From: Eledone cirrhosa
Taxonomy: Eukaryota
NCBI GenBank assembly: GCA_964016885.1
Contig: OZ024757.1
Location: 41,664,001-41,728,000 of the forward strand
Reading direction: 5' to 3'
Length of the DNA: 64,000 bases
In this document: piece after piece, positions 53,052-64,000 of the stretch
How positions within the stretch are numbered: position 1 is the first letter of the stretch
How the letters are laid out: the number at the start of each line of letters is the position of its first letter
The notes under the pieces: generated by a model
What the model was told of the DNA's origin: nothing
Database searches by the model: none
What the model saw: the letters and a program-made list of their open reading frames with translations, nothing else
Translations under genes and position numbers: made by a program

Positions 53052-53395
53052 TATATGGGGAGGGGAAGGACAGAACCCCAAAACTAAAATAATAAATATA
53101 TATATATATGTATATGCACATACATGTATATATATATATACATATATATATATATTGTCCTTCTCCTCCCCATATTTATGTCATTCGATACTTGAAACCA
53201 ATAAATGTACATTGACATTTCAAAAAAAGAACGGCACTTCTCTGGAGATAATATTGTCATCTCCATCTGACGGAACAGATCTGCAAAATACATGGAATCC
53301 ATATTAGATGCCATCGTTTCATACACTGCACTGCACTGCACTGCTGCTGGAAATATATCTATGTGTGTATATATATGTGTCTATATGTGTGTGTG

Positions 53396-53432
<37 letters not shown>

Positions 53433-53511
53433 GTGTATGTATATATATATATGTGTGTGAGTATATATATATATCATCGCTGTCATCATCATCGTTTTAT
53501 GTCCGTTTTTC

Positions 53512-53547
<36 letters not shown>

Positions 53548-53631
53548 TGATATATATATGTAGATAAATATACTCAAAAGTATGTTGTGTATTTAACTTA
53601 ATAAATATGTTGTTAGACATGGAAGTCTGTA

Positions 53632-53680
<49 letters not shown>

Positions 53681-53681
53681 C

Positions 53682-53734
<53 letters not shown>

Positions 53735-54426
53735 CTCAGTGGATATGTATTCTTATATACAATCGAGAGTACCTCTCCAACATAATATTTAATCTGATTT
53801 TGTGGGACATATTGTCACCATTTTATTTTCCTCTTGTCCACCCCCCACCCCCACACACCTACACATACACACACACACCTACATACATACACACCCTCAC
53901 ACACCTACACCTACATACACACACCCTCACACACACTTACATATACATACACACCCTGTCACATTCAGGAGACACACCCACCCACCTTACCTCTCTCACA
54001 CAATCAGGAGGCACCCACCCCCCACCTCACACACACCCTCACATATTCAAAGCACACTCCCTCACCACATACAGCCAAGAACACATTCAGGTGACATCCC
54101 CCCCCCCACACACACACACGCGTAATCATGAGAAACCCTCCACCACCAGCCCACCCCATTGCCATATTCAGGTGACGCACCCTTGCGCCCCACCCCACCC
54201 CTGCCCCATCTCACATAATCGATGAAGTGATCAATAATCTCCCACATCACCACCCTCACCACCAACTCCACCACACCCACCGCCGCCGCCACCACCACCA
54301 CCACCACCACCACCACCACCACCACCACAACCCACTTCAAGCTATCACTTGATATTTTGATATTCTAACATTTTATTTATATATTCTTCAAGTAGAACAA
54401 TTTACAGTATTGTACATGATCTGTCA

Positions 54427-54568
54427 TGGCGGCCAATTGGCAGAGTCTTTAGAACATCGGATAAGAACACTTTGTGGTATTTGTATCAGCTTTCTCTTCT
54501 CTGAGTTCAAATCCTGCCGAAGTCAGCTTTACCTTTCATCCATTGAGGGTCGATAAAAAGAGTACCAG
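54427..54568 (+). mobile_element. Old SINE family B copy
   Basis: GGCGGCCAATTGGCAGA..CTGAGTTCAAATCCTGCCGA..CCTTTCATCC..GGGTCGATAAAA..GTACCAG. Confidence 0.75.
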
Positions 54569-54596
54569 GATTCTTCCTTTATATCTTTCTCACTTC

Positions 54597-54628
<32 letters not shown>

Positions 54629-54647
54629 TTCTCTCTCTATCTCTTTC

Positions 54648-54687
<40 letters not shown>

Positions 54688-54744
54688 TCAAATTAAAAGT
54701 AGTTAAGGCAGGGTTACTTCGCCATAACTGCACACACACACATT

Positions 54745-54925
54745 TATAAAATGGGCTTCTGCAATATCCATCAACCAAACTCCACCCACAAGACATTGGT
54801 CAACCCAAGGTGTCACACAATGTGACTGATCTACAAGGCTATAGTAGAGTAGCTGATATTTCCTCAAGGAGCCCCATGGTGGGACTAAATACATTACACA
54901 GTGAACTCTTGAACCAAACAGCATC
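54745..54925 (-). mobile_element. Degenerate SINE resembling octopus OR2/CORE-type repeats
   Basis: TGGGCTTCT..ACCAAA.TCCAC.CACAAG.CATTGGTC..AGGCTATAGTAG..GTGGGACT blocks match a repeat I recall from octopus; not verified by search. Confidence 0.55.
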
Positions 54926-56079
54926 TCTTCACTTATCTTTATCTTGCTCACTCAAAAGTATTCTTTCTTCCCCAATATATCTTCATTTCCCTCTCTCTCA
55001 TATCCTACTGATCTCACAGACCTCAAACCGACACCATCACCACCACCACAGAAACCACCATCACCACCACCACCAACATCCCACAACTTTATTGCCTCCA
55101 TCATGCGTAGCAATATTTCCTGGGGAAACTGTCAGCCACTCACACATGCATACACTCTCACACACTCAAGCACAGACATACATACACACACATGTACTCA
55201 CTCACACATACATATACACACACACACACATACACACACATACAGCCACTCACACACCCACATATACACACACATACACTTACTCACACTTATACATACA
55301 CACCACCACGGCCACCTTCTTCGCGTTAATTCGATTTCAAAAGTTAGATGAGTTTTATAATTCCCAGAGTAACAATTTCACTAAAAGCTTTTTACTCGCA
55401 TTAAAATTTTTGCACACAGCTTTTAGCATTAGGGGTAAGAAGACATGAGACCTAGAACTAATAGTGTTTAGTATAACATTCATCTCTGGAGTGCTGTAAA
55501 AGAAAATAACTACAAAAAAAAAGCCCTTTATAACTTGGTAATTAAAGTGAAAACAACAGCAAAAGCTAAATAAATATGTTACCATTCTCATTATTATCGC
55601 TTGTTATCGCTTTCATCAGTGTTATCTATCGGTGTTATCGTGGCATCGACTGAACTCAACTATCTTCGGTTCAAATACTCCATTAGCGGTGGTGAGGTGA
55701 TGTTGTTGGTGATTGTTTGTTGTTGGTCGTTTAATGGCTTTCGTTTGGTTTTTATATTTTTATGTTGAATATTGTGTATGTTGGTTGGTTGGTAGAAAAT
55801 AGTTGAAAATATTTGACTAGCTTAGATAAATGAAATATTTACAATAATATCCAGTTAGTCATTCATTTAGTTTAAGATATAATTGAGTTACTCTAATTAC
55901 TAAGATGTGTATGTGTCTGTGAAATATATACATATATATACACCAGGCCCGAACACAGAAGAACCAAACTCCCACTGTCATCGCCTTCATCTCTCCTGCT
56001 CTCCCCATCTCTTATATACACCAGGCCCGAACACAGAAGAACCAAACTCCCACTGTCACTGCCTCAGTCTCTCCTCACC

Positions 56080-56293
56080 TGACCACTTGACCATGAAGCA
56101 GGTTGTACTGGGGTTACATGGTACCAGTAGCCAACAGAAGCCCGACTTGACTAAGCCAGCTCCTCCACCAGACCCTGGTCAGGTCAGGTCAGGCTTCTGT
56201 CTGCTACAGGTATCATGTAACCCAGTACAACCTGCTTCGTAGTCAAGTGGTCACTGACTAAACCAGCTCCCCACCAGATGCTGGTCTGGTCAG
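56080..56293. repeat. Inverted duplication (arms ~70 bp) whose loop is repeated directly downstream
   Basis: 56080-56151 pairs with about 56182-56253; TGACTAAGCCAGCTCCTCCACCAGA..CTGGTC.GGTCAG recurs at 56255-56293. Confidence 0.8.
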
Positions 56294-56602
56294 TTCAACA
56301 TAGTTTTCCATCTTTCAGGGTTCGATAAAATAAAGTGCCAGTAATGCACTGGGGTAAATTTAATCCACTTTCCCCTCCCACAAAATTGCTGGCCTTGTGC
56401 CTGAATCAGAAAGTTATTATTGTTATTATTGTTATTATTGTTATTATTGTTATTATCATTATCATGGAGAAGAATCACATTATCAGCAGTTCGTTACTTA
56501 GAAATACAATTAGACAATGACTTACAAATGTATTATATGTAAATATTCGACAAAGTACATATATATATGTATATATACATATATGTATGTATTTATATAT
56601 AC

Positions 56603-56651
<49 letters not shown>

Positions 56652-56662
56652 CATATATATAC

Positions 56663-56707
<45 letters not shown>

Positions 56708-56735
56708 TATATACATACATACATACATACATACA

Positions 56736-56767
<32 letters not shown>

Positions 56768-56787
56768 CATATATACATGCATATATG

Positions 56788-56819
<32 letters not shown>

Positions 56820-56855
56820 CATTCATATATACATACACACACACATATATATATA

Positions 56856-57270
56856 CATGGTGGCTGCCAACTCGTTTTCGAGTATGGCCACTACTTTATA
56901 TCCATGTAGGAGAACCCCTACCGATGCGCTGAACGAGTGTGACTTTTTAGTCCAGCCAGCGACTTGAAAACTCTGGTACAAACACTACACTTGTGACAAT
57001 TATTGACACATAGTGCTGGGCCCATGGTACCAAGTGACGACAAGTGCAGAGAGATCTCCAGATATAAAGCAATGCCTGTGCCGTGAAGCTTTTATAGTGA
57101 GCAAAGGCACTGCACAAAGCCAGTCCCACTCTCTTAACCAAGATGATATTTACCAAAAAGAAGAACATGTCAACATCATTGGATACCATCAGGGTTGCAG
57201 GTGTTACATCAGAGTTTTCCTTCTCCTAGAATTCTGCCTTGGCAAAGGCTAAGGGGTCATCTCTCCCGGA
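56856..57270 (-). mobile_element. Probable degraded LINE 5' region
   Basis: GC-richer island in microsatellite; minus strand AAGGCAGAATTCTAGGAGAAGGAAAACTCTGA resembles a block I recall from invertebrate non-LTR 5' UTRs. Confidence 0.4.
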
Positions 57271-58183
57271 TATATATATATACACATATATATATACACA
57301 TATTCTTACTATATATATGTATATATATATATACACACATACATACATATATACATTCATATATATACATACACACACACACACACATATATATATATAC
57401 ACATACATACATATATACATTCATATATATACATACACACACACACACATATATATATATACACATACATACATATATACATACACACACACACATATAT
57501 ATATACACACATATATATATACATATGTATGTATATATATATATACACATACATACATACATATGTACACACAAATACACATATATACACACATACATAC
57601 ATATATACACACATACATATACACAGAAGCAATACCTTTACAGATAACAAACAACGTGTACATCTACACACATGCACACCTGAAACAATCTCGCAAGAGT
57701 TAATTGATTTTTAACTGTGTTCAATACTCTAATACGACAAATGGATGTTTCATAGAAATCCCTGAAACCCCTCCTACCTACCCTCCCCCTGGCCCTACCT
57801 CACCCCGCCCCCAGGGCTCAAACCCCCCCCCCCCCCCCCCCATCTACACCCCACCCTCTGCTATAGATATATGTGTGTTTTAAAATTATAGGGTCTATTA
57901 AAAGGTGAGTGGGATGTTGAACTAAGTAGGGCAATGTATCACGTTTATCTTGATCTCGTCAACAGGTAAGAGATTGGGCGGGAGTATGTCGGTCAGGTGT
58001 GAATTGTAGAGAAAGATAAACATGTGAGACATGGCACATGTTTATATGTATATATATATTTATATACACATATATATGTATATATATATATATATATACA
58101 CATATATATATATATATGTATATATATATATCTATATATATATGTAATACAACATATTTTGCACAATAAATTCAACACATTAA

Positions 58184-58471
58184 CCCTTTAGCATTTAAAC
58201 TGGCTGTATCCGGCCAGAATTCTCTCACCTCTTTCTGTTCAAACTGGCTGTATCTGGCCACTCATACTGATGTTAAGGTATTGTTCTCAAAATAAATTAT
58301 ATCAAAATCTCATAGATTCGATATTATGTGAGATAATTACGTAATATAAAACCTTTACCAAGAAAATACAATAGTAAATATAGAATAATGTAAATGTTAT
58401 GTGAGATATTATGTGAGGTAAAGCCTTTAATATGAAAATATAATATATAGAGTAATGTAAATGTTAAAGGG
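58184..58471 (+). mobile_element. piggyBac-like MITE, complete
   Basis: TTAA-CCCTTTAGCATTTA...TAAATGTTAAAGGG-TTAA. Confidence 0.87.
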
Positions 58472-58904
58472 TTAAATTCAACACAATTTAAACAACACAC
58501 AATTTCCAGGTGGAATGGTTGTTTCTGTTAATCAGTCTGAGTACCAAGATGTGTTATTCTTTATTTTTTCTTCCACCGAAATGTAACAAGTGTTTTATCA
58601 ATATGTCAGTACTTAACAAATTTACTATGATGTGTCTTGACATGTCGTTGTTAAAATATGAGATATCACTTGAAAACTTTCATGTATTATATTAACCTAG
58701 ATTTTTCCCAATCAGGAGAAATCTTTCCGTTTTCTTGTTCAACCTCTGTTTATTCTCACCTGGGAATAATCTACTTTCGGAAAATATGTCGATGGTGTGG
58801 TGTTATTTTCCAACCTCTTGGCCATCTTGTTGTGATCTCATTTTGTTGTAATAAAGCAATTCACACTCACTTTGAAAATGGTCTCCTTTACAACCTGTAC
58901 AATG

Positions 58905-59010
58905 CTACACTACACTACACTACACTACACTACACTACACTACACTACACTACACTACACTACACTACACTACATTACACTACATTAAACTACACTACAC
59001 TACATTACAC
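58905..59010. repeat. (CTACA)n pentanucleotide microsatellite
   Basis: Direct reading. Confidence 0.95.
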
Positions 59011-59207
59011 AGCACCACATTGTACTACAGTACACCACACTACACCCTCACTACACTACGTTACACCATGTTACACTGCATTCCATGACTCCACATCACA
59101 CTACACTATGCCACACTACACCAATACATACACACACACATGAAACATGTGCAGCCAGAAATGCATGAGATAAAATCATATACATGCAAACACAAACACC
59201 TATTTAA

Positions 59208-59263
<56 letters not shown>

Positions 59264-59401
59264 AACGAAGGAGATGTGGTAAGGAACCAGGTGGACCAAA
59301 ACGCACCAAAGTACTCAATACTTAGGGTAGTAGAGTGGGTAATAGGAACGAGTAGGACCCCGACGGCTGAGCTCAAGCCGTCGCGGTCCTACTCGTTCCT
59401 A
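59264..59401 (-). mobile_element. Family H4 hairpin-ended copy
   Basis: Terminal hairpin at 59343-59401 equivalent to 4954-5011. Confidence 0.85.
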
Positions 59402-59403
59402 TA

Positions 59404-59436
<33 letters not shown>

Positions 59437-59539
59437 GAGGTTAGAAAGAAACACATGGTTAGTTTAATTACGTAGACATATGCCCATACATACACATACA
59501 CCCATATATATATATGTGTATATATCCTTATATGTATAT

Positions 59540-59600
<61 letters not shown>

Positions 59601-60005
59601 ACATATATGTGTGTATACAGACACACATACACATATATATATAGAGAGAGAGAGAATCTCAAACACAGGCCACACAACACAACACACAGACAGATATGTG
59701 TGTATACTTGCAAGGTATCCATTAAATAAAAGCTGACATATTTTAATCAAGCAAATGAGTTAGAATTATATATAAACAAATTAGTGACTGGGTCTTGTAG
59801 GAACTATCTTCTGTAGCAGAGTGGATTAATGTTCAAAGGAAGCCATTATGGATTTTGGGGGGAATAAGAAAGTCTTTCTCTCTTTCATACAAACTTGCCT
59901 GATGCAATCAGGCTGTCACTTTTGTGATCTACATACATGTATGTATATATTTATATATATATAGTTTATATATATATATAATCTTGCTAAACAAATTCAG
60001 AAACG

Positions 60006-60046
<41 letters not shown>

Positions 60047-60183
60047 GTTTATATATGTATATATAGTTTATATATATATGTATATATAGTTTATATATAT
60101 ATGTATATATAGTTTATATATATATGTATATATAGTTTATATATATATGTATATATAGTTTATATATATATGTATATATAGTT

Positions 60184-60225
<42 letters not shown>

Positions 60226-60229
<4 letters not shown>

Positions 60230-60303
60230 TCGTCAGGTATGAAATTTTTAGAAATGTTTTTTTTTTCTATAAATTTCTACAAATTTCATACTTGACGACC
60301 CAA
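60226..60303. mobile_element. Tiny Tc1/mariner-type MITE (about 28-bp TIRs, TA flanks)
   Basis: TA-TTGGTCGTCAGGTATGAAATTTTTAGAAA...TTTCTACAAATTTCATACTTGACGACCCAA-TA. Confidence 0.75.
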
Positions 60304-60320
60304 TATATATATATATATAT

Positions 60321-60493
60321 ATAATTGTTTCTACTTTTGGCACAAGGCCAGCAATTATCCCAGTGCATTACTGGTACTTTATTTTATCGACCCCGTAAGG
60401 ATAGAAGGCAAATTTAACCTCGGCAAGATTTGAACTCGGACCATAAAGGGCCGTAACTCTTTGCTGCAAAGCATGGCATCCGACCCTCTACCG
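60321..60493 (-). mobile_element. SINE family B
   Basis: Similarity to 7939-8128. Confidence 0.9.
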
Positions 60494-60618
60494 AAAAGCC
60501 AGAAGATTGACAAGTCAACCCTAAATACGACTAATATCTCTAGGAAAGCCATGAACGACATCACATCTGTTTAACTTTGAAAGTAAGTTTATAATTATTA
60601 ATTTTCATTATACTTTTG

Positions 60619-60821
60619 TAGCTGTCTTGGTGGCCTAGTGGAATGAATCATAGACGGTGGTGAGCCAGATCTGAAGTTCAATCCTGGTGAACCTTTTCAG
60701 TTTTTTTCTATGGAATGTAAAATAAAAACTGAAAAAGACATGTATCTCTCGACCAGGACGGAACTCAAGACCAGGACCTTCACCATCTCTAGTACCTACC
60801 ACTAGGCCATTGAGACAGCTA
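60619..60821. mobile_element. Two converging tRNA-like heads forming an imperfect 200-bp palindrome
   Basis: Both ends read TAGCTGTCT..TGGCCTAGTGG..GTTC..TCCTGGT inward; the centre CTTTTCAGTTTTT / AAAAACTGAAAAAG also pairs. Confidence 0.65.
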
Positions 60822-61018
60822 TGAAAATTCATACTTATAAACCTACTTCCAAAACTTTCAATGCAAAATGTTGTGGTCTCGTTCATGACTTTCTTAATGG
60901 TATTGCTCCTACTTTAGGTTGACTTCTAAATCATTTGGGTGTTCCATAAACTACATCCTGGCAACCAATATTTTTAGACCCAGTTCGCCATTATATATAT
61001 ATAATATATGTATATATA

Positions 61019-61705
<687 letters not shown>

Positions 61706-62910
61706 GTATATATATGTATGTATATATATATGACTGATGGTGAAGTTTTGCTCTCAGTGTTACATTTATTTACGATCTATTAAGTTTAATAAATAGAATA
61801 TTTCATAGACAAAAGAAAACATTTCATATATATTTATATATTCCCTCCTCCTGCTCCCCTTCCTCCACTTCCTCCTCCTCATCTCAGTATGTCACCAATT
61901 TGTTAAATCTTCTAATTCTCTAACTCTATAATTCTGTAATTCTTGTCCTCTCTATCTCTCTGAACAGTTCTATCATTAAGTTATATATGGTTTAGTGTTC
62001 ATGTTAGCTTCATATAGATTAATAAATAGAAAAATCTCAGTCGACATCTTGAGGTCTTGCTTATTAAATTTTCATTCCAGCAATCTTGAAGCCAAGCTTT
62101 GTAATATTTTTTTCTTTTTCTCTTTCTTTTTCTTTTTCTTTTTCTTTTATTTTTATTTTTATTTTATTTTTTTTACCATTTTTTCATTTTTTTATTTACT
62201 TTTTTACTATCTTTTATTTATATATTCATTTTTAATATTTTCCTGTTTCTTTTTTCTTTTTATTTCATATATTTTTACCCTTTTTTACTTTTTTTTCTAT
62301 ATTTTACTTATTTCTTTATTTATTTTTAATATCTTTTCTTTTTTTACGATCTTTTTTACTTATTTTTAATATTTTTTTCTTTTTTACTTTTATCATTTTT
62401 ATTATTTTTACTATATTTTACATTATTTATTCTTAATATTTTTCCTTTCTTTTTTTCCTATCATTTTTACTTATTTTTAATATTTTTATTTTTATTTTTT
62501 ACTTGTATGTTTATTTTTGTTTTTATATATATTTATATATTTTGTTCTTTCCTCTCCAAGTGGGAAATGAAATTTGACAGTAATTATAGTTCGTATCAGG
62601 AAATATATTTTGTCTTACTTGATATAAAAGGAATGTTACTTTCTCAAGACAAAATTGACATTGATGTGTTTTTCAAAGTGAAACAAATGTTTAGGAGCAA
62701 CACAAGTTTAAGGAAAATTGCATGTATGTATGGTCCGTAACTCTTGGAGGAGTCTTAGGGTCATTGTATTGACATATAGGGCTTCTTGGGCATTTCTAAA
62801 ACCTGGTGGAACTCATCTCTCCTCTCCAGGTCTGAATACAACAGATTTCTTACAGAGAAGGATAGAGAGTTAGAGAATGGAAGTGAGAAAGAGATATAGA
62901 GGAAGAATCA

Positions 62911-63292
62911 ACCCCAGTATTAAACTGGTACTTTTTTTTACTTACCTTGAATGGAGGAAAGGCAAAATTGACCTTGGCAGGATTTGAACTCTGAACATAA
63001 AAATCCACAACTAAGTATAATATCTCCAAGCCATTTTCTTCTGACCTTCTAACAATGTTGCCAATCCACAATAATTTCTTCCAACTTACCAGTATTGAAT
63101 ACTACATCCATATAAGGAAATAATTGTTTCTAATTTAGGCACAAGGCCAGCAATTACCCAGTGCATTACTGGTACTTTATTTTATCGACCTCGTAAGGAT
63201 GAAAGGCAAAGTCAATCTCGGCGGGATTTGAACTCAGATCGTAAAGGGACGTAACTATGCTGGAAAGCATGACGTCCGACCCTCTACCGATA
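62911..63292 (-). mobile_element. Two SINE family B copies (old 62911-63070, younger 63121-63292)
   Basis: Reverse-complement family B blocks. Confidence 0.85.
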
Positions 63293-63761
63293 TGCACATA
63301 TACAATACAAAAGCTAACACTGCATCAGGGAGCGGGGGAGGGGATCAGAGTATCGAAGGTTCGGGAGCAGAAAAAAATATTAAAAATACTTCATAAAAAA
63401 TAATATTAAAAGAAAGCTCTGCTCACAATGTCTTCAATGTGTGATAGGTTTCTTCAAAAGAATCCCAGATAATGTTCTTTTAACTCAGAAAAACAAGTCG
63501 AGTGTTGCAGGTGTTGGCATATTTTTGTTCGTCGTTATTATTCTAGTGTCAATATTGTCTTCTTCTTCTTGCTGTTGTTGTTGATATTTGCATGTTGTCC
63601 CAAAATACTGCCACCATACTAACTCTGACAGGAGAGATAAGGAAGGCTATTTCTGGTTAAACAAACTTCTAAATATCGAAGAATTTTTTTCAGCATTTTC
63701 ATCCTACTACTACTACTCCTCCTCCGGTTACTGCTCTTTTGTTGTATGTTTGTTGTTGTTG

Positions 63762-63792
<31 letters not shown>

Positions 63793-64000
63793 AGGGAGAG
63801 ATGCTGGAGTAGAAAGAGAGTCAAGTGAGAGAGGAGGAAAGAAAAATATCGAAGATTTCTTCATTGTTTTCTTCATCTTCATCTTCCTGTCCCTTTTTTT
63901 TGTTGGGTTTTTTTTAGGGAGGGGGTGTATTTTTTCAGGTGTTTTTTTTTAGGAGAGAGAGAGAGGAGGAGGAGGGGAGAAAAAATATGAAATATATAAA

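Noticed and set aside
57955-58830. Isolated splice-donor-like sites (CAG/GTAAGA at 57963 plus; CAG/GTGAGA near 58760 minus)
   Set aside because: No convincing acceptor or recognisable coding frame; expected by chance in 64 kb.

Overview
AT-rich eukaryotic non-coding DNA (intronic or intergenic), most likely from a coleoid cephalopod such as octopus. This is an inference from the dense (TA)n/(CA)n/(TATG)n microsatellites and from SINE families I recall from octopus genomes. I recognise no host protein-coding gene, rRNA, functional tRNA or CRISPR array, and nearly all ORFs in the track are microsatellite artefacts. The real coding sequence is retrotransposon. There are two 5'-truncated but open RTE-clade LINE copies (231-1277 and 23591-25693), both with a PHD-type C4HC3 finger inside the reverse transcriptase, plus degraded Rex3/Expander-like, RTE and CR1 fragments. 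Several tRNA-derived SINE families are present, one sharing its 3' tail with the first LINE, along with TTAA- and TA-flanked MITEs. The most interesting layer does not show in the ORF track: about ten largely unrelated families of short (150-750 bp) non-coding fold-back elements inserted in (TA)n. They carry minimal type I hammerhead ribozyme cores (CUGANGA...GAAA-palindrome-UH), and several share a distal GAGTGCT-like motif. They look like non-autonomous Penelope-like pseudo-LTR or retrozyme-type elements. All coordinates and pairings were read by eye; no alignment, folding or database search was run.
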